From the human T2T-CHM13v2.0 reference genome, Homo sapiens, in the NCBI RefSeq assembly GCF_009914755.1, contig NC_060935.1: a stretch of 64,000 nucleotides of DNA; one strand, written 5' to 3'. The notes under the pieces were generated by a model, which worked only from the letters and a program-made list of their open reading frames with translations, was not told the origin of the DNA and did no database searches. Shown one piece after another: positions 40,584 through 64,000 of the stretch. A program made the translations under genes and the position numbers. Each line of letters starts with the position of its first letter. Within the stretch, counting starts at the first letter, position 1.

Positions 40584-41091
40584 GTTATTGGCAGAATTTG
40601 GGCCCCCATGACCTTTTCTCTATCTAGTGTTACACTCATGCAAATGTTAACATTATGTGGGAAAAGAGACTTCACAGATTTAAATAAGGTTTAAATCTGT
40701 GGTTATTAAGATAGAGAGATTGAATGATTCCTTTCAAGCAGAGGGGGAAATCTGTGACATTGAAAGCATGAGAAGTATTCTGTCTACTGTTCTTAGCTTG
40801 AAGATGAAGGAGACCATGTTTCACAGACATAGAGACCTCAATTCTACAACCACAAGGAACTAAATTCTGTCAACAGCCAATGAGCCTCTAAGAGGATTCT
40901 GGCCCTGGAGAGACTGAGAACCACAGCCCTGGCTGACACCTTGATTTTACCCCTGTGGTACCCTAAGTAGAGAATCCAGCCATGCTATGCTGGACTTCTG
41001 TCCTACTGAAACTGCAAAGTAATAAAGGGTCTTGTTTTTAAGCCATTAAGTTTGTGATAATCTGCTATTGAATCAATAGAAAACCAAATAC
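40584..41091 (+). mobile_element. MLT1-type MaLR LTR
   Basis: TGTTATTGGCAGAATTTGGGCCCCCATG...GGCTGACACCTTGATTTTA...TTTTAAGCCATTAAGTTTGTG...AATAGAAAACCAAATACA. Confidence 0.8.
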
Positions 41092-41591
41092 ACCACGTTT
41101 GTAACTTTCCCTGAAGCACAAAATGTAACGATGAAAAATTAAACAGAACAGAGAAGAAGTGTCCCATGATGAATTTAGTACTTTGGATCTGAGGTAGACA
41201 GTGGAACACTTCTACCCAGAATCCCAGAGATCAGGATTTTGAAACCTTCCTATTGCTCTTTGCTACCGCCTCCCCTGAACTCCCTTAATACCATTATGTA
41301 GTTTCATTGTAGTACTTTTCAGTCTCTTATAATTATTTATGTGATCATCTTCACAATGTATGAATGTCTTAAGGGGAGAGACTATGTGATTTACTTTTGT
41401 CTCTCCAAAACCTAGCATGGAATCTCACACAGTAAAGACACTAAAGATGTGTTTGTTAAATGAAACAATGAATGAATATGTGAAAGGATAAATAAACTGT
41501 AGAAACCAACACCCCAAAAGCTAAAGTATTTGTTGTATTTGTTAGGGTCACAGAGAAAATTTTAGTTTTAAATTTACCTGCATAAATATTC

Positions 41592-42390
41592 TTTGTTGTT
41601 GTTGTTTTTCTCAACTTCTATTTTAGATTCAGAGGGTACATGTGTAGGTTTGTGACAGGTATATTGCAGGATGCTGAGGTTTGGGGTATGAAATGATCCT
41701 GTCACCCAGGTAGTGAGCATAGTACCCAATAGGTAGTCTTTCAGCACTTGCCCTCTTCACCCTCTCCCTACTCTAGTAGTCCCCAGTGTCTCTTGTTCCC
41801 ATCTTTATGTCCATGTGTACCCAATGTTTACCCCTCACTTAGAAGTGAGAACATGTGGTGTTTGGTTTTTTGTTTCTGCATTAATTAGCTTAGGATAAGG
41901 TTCTCCAGCCATACCCATGTTGCTGCAAATGGCATAATGTCATTATTTTTATGGCTACATAGTATTTCATGATGTGTATGTACCATGTTTTCTTTATCCG
42001 ATATACCGTTGATGGGCACCTAGGTTGATGCCATGTCTAGACAGTGCTGCAGTGAACATATGAGTGCATGTATTTTTTTGGTAGAACATTTTATTTTCCT
42101 TTGGGTATATACCTAGTAATGGGATTGCTGAGTTGAATAGTAGTTGTAATTTTAATTTTTTGAGAAATCTCCAAACTGCTTTTCACAGTGACTGAACTTA
42201 TTTTCATTCCCACCAACAGTATATAATTGTTCCCTTTTCTCCGCAGCCTTGCCAACATCTGTTATTTTTTGACTTTTTAGTGATAGCCATTCTGACTGGT
42301 GTGAGATGGTATCTTATGGCGGTTTATATTTGCATTTATCTGAGGATTAGTGACAATGAGCTGTTTTTCATACACTTGTGCGTCTTTCTA
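41592..42390 (-). mobile_element. L1PB/old L1PA 3' end fragment
   Basis: TTTTAGATTCAGAGGGTACATGTG...GATAGCCATTCTGACTGGTGTGAGATGGTATC. Confidence 0.85.
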
Positions 42391-43338
42391 CAAGAAATTC
42401 TTATATGCTGTATTCTGTTTTGCAACTCACCAGAAACATGCCGAAGTATGTTTTCTGTAAAATAATAACTCTGGTAAGGTTACCAGATCATTTACACTGT
42501 GATATGAAATAACTTTAATTATATGAGTTGTTTATATAGATATTAACTTCTAAACTGCATTAATATCATTTCACTTGAGTGATTTTTGAGAGGTTCGAAA
42601 CTGTTGCTCTGATGCCTGTGTCCATTTACCTGCTGGGTACAGAACAAATTTGATTCTGGATATGTTGTTAAAGGACTTACAAAAGAAGCCCAACCCCTCA
42701 GGAGAGAGAATGCAGGATTCTTGAAATCATAGAGCTGGAAGGGGCCTTAAGAGAGTGTTTTGCCTTTAAGAGAGTAACTAAACCACATGATCAGGCTTCT
42801 TTAAAATCTCTGGGGATACAGACACTATAACATTCCTTCCTAGCTGATCTCCAGTGGTCAATTCATTCTTTCACTTGCCATTTGCCTTCTCTTAAAAGTG
42901 CTTTCCCAATAGACAAGTGTAAGATGGGCCTACCAGCCAAATTTGTACTGCATAATTCCACCACCTCACCTCTCATCCCACTCCACTCCCCGGCCATGGC
43001 CGATTGGAACAGGTTTAAAAACAGGGCCCAAGATGTGCCAAGCAGATTCTTCTTCCGAATCCTTCTTATAAGAATTGATACTTGGAACTGAGAGGCAGCT
43101 CCTTAGTTTGTCTTATAACCATACAATGTAAACCAAGGATCTATGAGATAGTCACTTCCCTTTGGAAGACAAGTAGTGGAGAAAGCTAGTCTGCAGAGAA
43201 ACAGAATTAGTCAGAGCTACAGAAAGAAACTCAGGCTTGATTTTGAGAAGGAACACTGCCTGGGTTCCAGAGGCTCTCTAGAATCTAGGAAGCCTGACTT
43301 CATGGTGCTTTCACGATGTGTAAAGTGTCTCTCTCTCT

Positions 43339-44084
43339 TTTTTTTTATTATACTTCAAGTTTTAGGGTACATGTGGACAATGTACCGGTTAGTTACATAT
43401 GTATACATGTGCCATGCTGGTGTGCTGCACCCATTAACTCGTCATTTAGCATTAGGTATATCTCCCAATGCTATTCCTCCCCCCTCCCCCCACCCCACAA
43501 CAGTCCCCAGAGTGTGATGTTCCCCTTCCTGTGTCCATGTGTTCTCATTGTTCAATTCCCATCTATGAGTGAGAACATGCGGTGTTTGGTTTTTTGTCCT
43601 TGCGATAGTTTACTGAGAATGATGATTTCCAATTTCATCCATGTCCCTACAAAGGACATGAACTCATCATTTTTTTATGACTGCATAGTATTCCATGGTG
43701 TATATGTGCCACATTTTCTTAATCCAATCTATCATTGTTGGACATTTGGGTTGGTTCCAAGTCTTTGCTGTTGTGAATAGTGCCGCAATAAACATACGTG
43801 TGCATGTGTCTTTATAGCAGCATGATTTATAGTCCTTTGGGTATATACCCAGTAATGGGATGGCTGGGTCAAATGGTATTTCTAGTTCTAGATCCCTGAG
43901 GAATCGCCACACTGACTTCCACAATGGTTGAACTAGTTTACAGTCCCACCAACAGTGTAAAAGTGTTCCTATTTCTCCACATCCTCTCCAGCACCTGTTG
44001 TTTCCTGACTTTTTAATGATTGCCATTCTAACTGGTGTGAGATGGTATCTCATTGTGGTTTTGATTTGCATTTCTCTGATGGCC
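43339..44084 (-). mobile_element. Young 5'-truncated L1PA (L1PA2-4-like), about 750 bp
   Basis: Near-consensus 3' UTR and ORF2 C-terminus (ORF 43667..44101: [48 protein letters not shown]). Confidence 0.95.
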
Positions 44085-45001
44085 TTAGAAAATATCGCCA
44101 AACTGTCATTTCAGTTATTTGAGAACACCCTACCTAATTTTCTGATACATCACAGAAATTTTATTTAAAACAAAGTGAACTTTGATTTCTCAAAAATAAA
44201 AAAGAAAGAAAATATCTCCCTCTGCTTTTTACTCTTACTCTAGCTAGATTTGGTTTTTGTTATCTCTAAATGAGGAGTTCTAATAAATATACTACCTGAA
44301 ATTTCTCCTTTTAATCACATAATTCTTTTCTGGGTAGGGGGAGGGGTATAAAAGCCCTATAGTACTGCCATTTATTTAATAAATATTTATTTAATACTTA
44401 ATATCGGTAAAAACTACCAAACCATTCATGGATCCCAAGAGTTTGGGGTCCCGGAGCCTAGACATTTCCCCTGAACACAGGACTCCTCTAATGAGTAGTT
44501 TTTGCTCTAAAGCTCCTCATTGGGTTAGACAAGCCTTTGTAAGACGGACGTTAGTATCAGAGGCTCTCCCTGTGCAATTCTGCTTCTTATTTATGTTTCT
44601 TATGTTTTACAGGCATTTTCCCCCAATAAACTACTTATTCTCCCAACTTCATCTCAGTGTCAGCTTCCTAGAAGACCCAAACAACGTGGATGGCCTTCAA
44701 AGAAAAATGGAGGTAGCATTTTCATTTATTTACTAAAATACATATTGACCCTCAGTAATGGTAGGGCACTATCCTAAACACCAGTTGTATCAGCAAACAA
44801 AATATAGTTTCTTTCCTTATGAAGCTTACAGACAAGTAGAAATAGCATTAGACAAATAATTACACAATTGCAATTAAACAAACAGTCCTGATTGTGATAT
44901 TAAGAAAAACACAAGGAAAAAGTAGAAGGAAAGGTATATCAGGAAGATCACATATCATATTGCATTGGGTATCAGTGAAACATTAAAACCTACTGCTTTC
45001 T

Positions 45002-48250
<3,249 letters not shown>

Positions 48251-48441
48251 AAACCTCCTGCTTTCTATGTTAATTACATTCCTCATTTAGGACTCTGGGG
48301 CTGGAAATTGTGGGAATCCATTCATAAGTATAGGATGAGGAATACTTGAATTGGCATCATTGTATGTGAAAAAATGTATGAGGGATTTTTGAAAAAGCAG
48401 AAGTTTAACTTGAGCTAACTGCTTAGAAATAACAAAAAATG

Positions 48442-48750
48442 GGCCAGGCGCGGTGGCTCATGAGCGCCTGTAATCCCAGCACTTTGGGAGGCTGAGGCGG
48501 GCAGATCATGAGGCCAGGAGAGTGAGACCTTCCTGGCTAACATGGTGAAACCCCTTCTCTACTGAAAATACAAAAAATTAGTCGGGCATGGTGGCAGGCA
48601 CCTGTAGTGCCAGCTACTCGGAGGCTGAGGCAGGAGAACAGCATGAACCTGGGAGGCGGAGCTTGCAGTGAGCTGAGATCATGCCACTGCACCCCAGCCT
48701 GGGTGACAAAGTGAGACTCTGTCTCAAAAAACAAACAAATAAATAAATAA
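48442..48750 (+). mobile_element. AluY-like element
   Basis: CCTGGCTAACATGGTGAAACCCC and GGCGGAGCTTGCAGTGAGC; (CAAA)(TAAA) tail. Confidence 0.9.
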
Positions 48751-49464
48751 GTAAAGATCCCATTGTCAGGAGCACAGTGAGTTAATTTCAGGCAGTAATT
48801 ATTCCTTTCCACTTTGCACTGGTCATAGATCATCTGGAATCTTGGGTTTAGTTCAGGGGTCCTTTTGTAAAAAAAAAAAAATTATTAAGAACAGGAGCAA
48901 CTCAGTGACTCAGTGACTCAGTGGAGGGCAAAAGAATGGAGAGAAAGCCTTGAATCCATATGGCAGAAGAGCTTGTGGATGTTAATACAGAAGCAGACCA
49001 GAATATGGTGAGGCATTATATCCATCTATAAATAAAATACTGCCCTGTGTAATTAACAATAAAAATAAAACCTCAAGTAAGCTTGATTCTCATTTCTACT
49101 AAGGGTAGGACTAGGAGCAATGAGTAGAAACTATAAAGAAGCAGATTACAGCTCAATAAAGAAGAAAAAAGTTCATTTTCTGAAGACTACAACTGCCATC
49201 AATTGAGTGAGCTGATTCATGAAGCAGTGAGTCCCTTCACCCATAAGAAGAGAGGAGCCTACCTAGTAGGGCTTCCTGCAAGTAGTATTTAATACTGCAT
49301 TTTCAAAGACTAAAAAACATGGATGTAAAATGTCTGTAGGAGCCTGTAAGAAAATTCTGTATCATTTGAGGCTATATAAAAGACAAGAGGAGGAATGAAG
49401 GTGGGGCTAAATTGGCGCAGCATGCTCTGCCAACCCATATTTAAATAGAGTTTATCTAAAAGCT

Positions 49465-52600
<3,136 letters not shown>

Positions 52601-52604
52601 GAAA

Positions 52605-55128
52605 ATTTTATTCTCTCATTAATACTTAATGGGTATACATATGTTGGAGGTACATGTAACGATTTAATAGAGTCACTTAATTTATAAAGATCAAATCAGT
52701 GAAACTGGGATATTCATCACCTTAAATATTTGTCTTTATGCTAGAAACACCTGAATTATTTTCTTCAAGCTATTTTAAAATATAGAATAAGTTACTGTAA
52801 ACTGTAGTTACATACTGATCTATCAAACAGTAGGTCTTGTTTATCAAACTGTATGTTTCTACCCATTAATCAACCACACTTCATCCCCCCATCTCCCCTA
52901 CCTTTCTTGGCCTTTTGTAACCACCAATCTATACTAAAGCTTTGGGAGATCCACTTAGCTCTCATATATGAGTGAGAACATGCAATATTTGTCTTTCTCT
53001 GCTTGGCTTATTTTATCTAGCATAATTACCTATAGTCCCATTGATGTTGCTGCAAATGACAGGATTTTATTCTTTTTATGGCTGAATAATATTCCATGAT
53101 GTCTACATATCATATTTACTTTATTCTTCCATTAATGGACTCTTATTTTTATTCTGTATTTTGTCTATTCTGAATAGTGCTGCAAGAAATGTGTGAGTGC
53201 AGATATCTTTTTGATACATTGATTTCTTTTCTTTGAGATATATACCCAATAGTAGAATTGCTGTATCATACAGTAGTTCTATTTTTGTTTTTTTGAGAAA
53301 CGTTCATACATTTTCCATAGTGACTGTGTTAATTTACATACTCACCAATGGTGTACTAGGGTTTCCTTTTCTCCACATCTTCATCAGCATACATTATTCC
53401 CTGTCTTTTTTATAGAAGCTGTTTTAACTACTGTGAAATGAGATGTAATTGTCATTTTTTATTTGCATTTCTCTAATAGTGATGCTGAACATTTTTATAT
53501 ACCTGTTGGTCATTGATAGGTCTTCTTTTGAAAAATGTCTATTGAATGTCTTTTGCCCATTTTTAAATTAGATTATTTGTTTTCATGCTGTTGAGTTGTT
53601 TGAGCTCCTTATGTATTCTGGTTATTAATCCTTTGTCAATTGAATAATTTGCAGTTTTTTTCCTCCCACTTTGTGGGTTGTCTCTTCACTTTATTGATTG
53701 TTTTCTTTGCTCTACAGAAGCTTTTAACCTGATGTAATCCTATTTATTTTTGATTTAGCTGCCTGTGCTTTTTAGGTCTTACATGAAAAATCTTTGCTCA
53801 GACCAATGTTTTGGAGTGTTTCCCCAATGTTTTCTTCTAATGGTTTCATAGTTGTGAGTCTTTAATCCATTTTGATTTGATTTTTGAGAAATAGGGGTCT
53901 TGTTTTATTCTTCTGCTTATGGTTATCCAGTTTTCATAGCATCATTTGTTAAAGAGATTATCCTTTCACTATTGTATGTTCTCGGCACCTTTGTGAAAAA
54001 TAAGTTGGCCATAAATGTATGGATTTATATCTGGGATACCTATTCTATTCCTTTGGTCTATGTGTCTGTATTTATTCCAGTACCATGCTTATTTGTTTAC
54101 CATAGCTTTGTAGCATATTTGGAAGTAAAGTAACATGATGGCTCCAGCTTTGTTATTTTTGATCAGTATTGCTTTGGCTATTTGTGCTCTGTTGTGGTTC
54201 CGTATACTTTTTTAGGAATGTTTTCTTCTATTTCTGTGAAATGACATTGATATTTTGAAAGATATTGCATTGAATCTGTATTAATTCTTCTAATTCATGA
54301 ACATGGAATATTTTTCCATTTTATTGTGTCTTCCTCAATTTACTTCATGAGTCATTTATAGTTTACTTTGTATAGACCTTTCACTTCTTTGCTTAAATTA
54401 ACTTCTAGGTAATTTATATTATTTGAAGCCATTGTACATGGGTTTGCTTCTTAATTTATTTTTCAGATTGTTCACTGTTGGTATATACAAATGCTACTGA
54501 TTTTTGTATATTGATTTTGTTTACTGCAACTTTACTGAATTTATCAGTTCTAACAATTTTTTGTTAGAGACTTTAGGTTTTTCTAAGTATAAAACTATGT
54601 TATTTTCATATAAGGATAATTGAACTTCCTCTTTTTCTATTTGGATGCCTTTTTTTCTTTCTCTCACCTAACTTTTCTAGTGAGAACTTACAGTATTATG
54701 TTGAATAAAAATGGTGAAAGTAGGCATTCTTATCATATTCTGGATCTCAGTGGAAATGCTTTCAAGAGTTCCCTGTTCAGTACAATGTTAGTTGTGAATT
54801 GGCCATATATGGCCTTTATTATTTTGAGGTATGTTCCTTTTCTGAGATTTTTACCATAAAGAGATGTTGAATTTTATTAAATACTTTTCCAGCACCTATT
54901 GAAATTATCATATGGTTTTTGTTCCTGGTTATGTTAATGTGATGTATTATGTTAATTGATTTGCATATGTTGAACCCTCGTTGCATCCCTGGGAAGAATC
55001 TCACTTGATCATGGTGAATGATCTTTTAAAACTATTGTTGAATTCAATTTTCTTGGTTTTGTTGAGGATTTTTGTATCGATGTTCATTAGTACATTGGCT
55101 AGAAGTTTTCTTTTTTTGTTGTGTTCTT
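52605..55128 (-). mobile_element. L1MA-type element, 3' part (continues at 61358)
   Basis: Antisense L1 ORF2/3' UTR motifs; RT fragment 54819..55004 ([22 protein letters not shown]). Confidence 0.85.
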
Positions 55129-55511
55129 TTTTTTTTTTTTTTTCTCCATGCCAATACATGTTAAACCAGTGAGTTGCACATCAAGTTCTGGAAAAAAAAC
55201 CCTACACAAAGTTCTTCACAATTGGTTGACATTTCTTAAAAATAACAGTAATGTTTCAGCATTCCTCAGAGACCACATTATTCTTTTTTTTTTCCTTTTT
55301 TTTATTATTATACTTTAAGTTTTAGGGTACATGTGCACATTGTGCAGGTTAGTTACATATGTATACATGTGCCATGCTGGTGTGCTGCACCCACTAACTA
55401 GTCATCTAGCATTAGGTATATCTCATAATGCTATCCCTCCCCCCTCCCCCCACCCCACAACAGTCCCCACAGTGTGATGTTCCCCTTCCTGTGTCCATGT
55501 GATCTCATTGT

Positions 55512-59375
<3,864 letters not shown>

Positions 59376-59438
59376 TATGATGTTAGCTGGTTATTTTGCT
59401 CGTTAGTTGATGCAGTTTCTTCGTAGTCTCGATGGTCT

Positions 59439-60454
59439 TTACATTTTGGCATGACTTTGCAGCGGCTGGTACCGGTTGTTCCTTTCCATGTTTAGTGCTT
59501 CCTTCAGGAGCTCTTTTAGGGCAGGCCTGGTGGTGCCAAAATCTCTCAGCATTTGCTTGTCTGTAAAGTATTTTATTTCTCCTTCACTTATGAAGCTTAG
59601 TTTGGCTGGATATGAAATTCTGGGTTGAAAATTCTTTTCTTTAAGAATGTTGAATATTGGCCCCCACTCTCTTCTGGCTTGTAGGGTTTCTGCCGAGAGA
59701 TCCGCTGTTAGTCTGATGGGCTTCCCTTTGAGGGTAACCCGACCTTTCTCTCTGGCTGCCCTCAACATTTTTTCCTTCATTTCAACTTTGGTGAATCTGA
59801 CAATTATGTTTCTTGGAGTTGCTCTTCTCAAGGAGTATCTTTGTGGCGTTCTCTGTATTTCCTGAATCTGAACGTTGGCCTGCCTTGCTAGATTGGGGAA
59901 GTTCTCCTGGATAATATCCTGCAGAGTGTTTTCCAACTTGGTTCCATTCTCCCCATCACTTTCAGGTACACCAATCAGACATAGATTTGGTCTTTTCACA
60001 TAGTCCCATATTTCTTGGAGGCTTTGCCGTTTCCTTTTATTCTTTTTTCTCTAAACTTTCCTTCTCGCTTCATTTCATTCATTTCATCTTCCATTGCTGA
60101 TACCCTTTCTTCCAGTTGATCGCATCGGCTCCTGAGGCTTCTGTGTTGTTCACGTAGTTCTCGAGCCTTGGTTTTCAGCTCCATCAGCTCCTTTAAGCAC
60201 TTCTCTGTATTGGTTATTCTAGTTATACATTCTTCTAAATTTTTTTCAAAGTTTTCAACTTCTTTGCCTTTGGTTTGAATGTCCTCCCGTAGCTCAGAGT
60301 AATTTGATCGTCTGAAGCCTTCTTCTCTCAGCTCGTCAAAGTCATTCTCTGTCCAGCTTTGTTCCTTTGCTGGTGAGGAGCTGCATTCCTTTGGATGAGG
60401 AGAGGCACTCTGCTTTTTAGAGTTTCCAGTTTTTCTGTTCTGTTTTTTCCCCAT
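59439..60454 (-). pseudogene. L1 ORF1p, frameshifted
   Basis: MGKKQNRKTGNSK... split over ORFs 59996..60472 and 59439..59999 by a frameshift near 60030. Confidence 0.92.
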
Positions 60455-61357
60455 CTTTGTGGTTTTATCCACTTTTGGTCTTTGATGATGAAGTACAGAT
60501 GGGTTTTTGGTGTGGATGTCCTTTCTGTTTGTTAGTTTTCCTTCTAACAGACAGGACCCTCAGCTGCAGGTCTGTTGGAGTACCCTGCAGTGTGAGGTGT
60601 CAGTGTGTCCCTGCTGGAGGGTGCCTCCCAGTTAGGCTGCTCGGGGGTCAGGGGTCAGGGACCCACTTGAGGAAGCAGTCTGCCCGTTCTCAGATCTCCA
60701 GCTGCGTACTGGGAGAACCACTGCTCTCTTCAAAGCTGTCAGACAGGGACATTTAAGTCTGCAGTGGTTACTGCTGTCTTTTTGTTTGTCTGTGCCCTGC
60801 CCCCAGAGGTGGAGCCTACAGAGGCAGGCAGGCCTCCTTGAGCTGTGGTGGGCTCCACCCAGTTCGAGCTTCCTGGCTCCTTTGTTTACCTAAGCAAGCT
60901 TGGGCAATGGCGGGCGCCCCTCCCCCAGCCTCACTGCTGCCTTGCAGTTTGATCTCAGACTGCTGTGCTAGCAATCAGCGATACTCCGTGGGGTAGGACC
61001 CTCTGAGCCAGGTGCGGGATATAATCTCGTGGTGCATCGCTTTTTAAGCCTGTCGGAAAAGCGCAGTATTCGGGTGGGAGTGAACCGATTTTCCAGGTGC
61101 CATTCGTCACCCCTTTCTTTGATTAGGAAAGGGAACTCCCTGACCCCTTGCGCTTCCCAAGTGAGGCAATGCCTCGCCCTGCTTCGGCTCGTGCACGGTG
61201 CGTGCACCCACTGACCTGCACCCACTGTCTGGCACTCCCTAGTGAGATGAACCGGGTACCTCAGATGGAAATGCAGAAATCACCCGTCTTCTGCGTCGCT
61301 CAGGCTGGGAGCTGTAGACAGGAGCTGTTCCTATTCGGCCATCTTGGCTCCTCCACC

Positions 61358-63660
<2,303 letters not shown>

Positions 63661-63670
63661 TGTCTTTGAT

Positions 63671-63970
63671 CTTTTTTGTTTTGAGACAGTGTCTTGGTCT
63701 GTCATCTAGGCGGAAGTCCAGTGGCATGTTCATAGCTCACTGAAGCCTTGAACTCCTAGGCTAAAGAAGTTAGCCTAGAGATCCTCCTTCCTCAGCCTCC
63801 CAAGTAGCTGTGACTACAGGCATGTGCTTGGCTAATTTTTATTTTTTATTTTTGTACGGATGGGGTCTTGTTATGCTGGCCAGGTTGGTCTTGAACTCCT
63901 GGCCTCAAGTGATCCTCCTATCTTAGCCTCCCAAGTTGCTGGGGTTACAAATATAAGCCACTGTGTTCAG
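63671..63970 (-). mobile_element. AluJ-like element
   Basis: Diverged dimer ...GAACTCCTGGCCTCAAGTGATCCTCC... Confidence 0.87.
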
Positions 63971-64000
63971 TCCTTGTCTTTGACATTTGAGAGTTTTATT

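Noticed and set aside
60450-61357. CpG island of an unannotated gene
   Set aside because: Fully explained by the L1 5' UTR.

Overview
Human genomic DNA: AT-rich, dense in Alu and L1, and carrying a human-specific AluYb element. The window holds the 3' end of METTL15, the mitochondrial 12S rRNA m4C methyltransferase of the RsmH/MraW family, on the + strand. It covers about 13 kb of the last intron, a 71-nt stop-containing cassette exon (10770-10840), the terminal coding exon (13071-13516) and a 3' UTR of about 2.7 kb. The remaining ~48 kb is mostly transposon fossils: Alu, L1, MIR/L2, MaLR/ERVL LTRs and Tigger/hAT elements. No prokaryotic-type system, CRISPR array, tRNA or rRNA gene is present, and nearly all other ORFs in the track are repeat-derived or chance. 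The most notable structures are: (1) an 87-bp mosaic insertion inside an Alu monomer, built from copies of two nearby sequences joined by microhomology; (2) a full-length L1PA2/3 with a 140-bp 3' transduction inside its TSDs; (3) the cassette exon, which would give METTL15 a truncated alternative C-terminus; (4) a ~107-bp orphan poly(A) retro-insert with TSDs; (5) a perfect 23-bp-arm palindrome; (6) a near-consensus AluYb9; (7) two candidate downstream exons. Repeat subfamily names come from recognition of consensus motifs, not from a RepeatMasker run.
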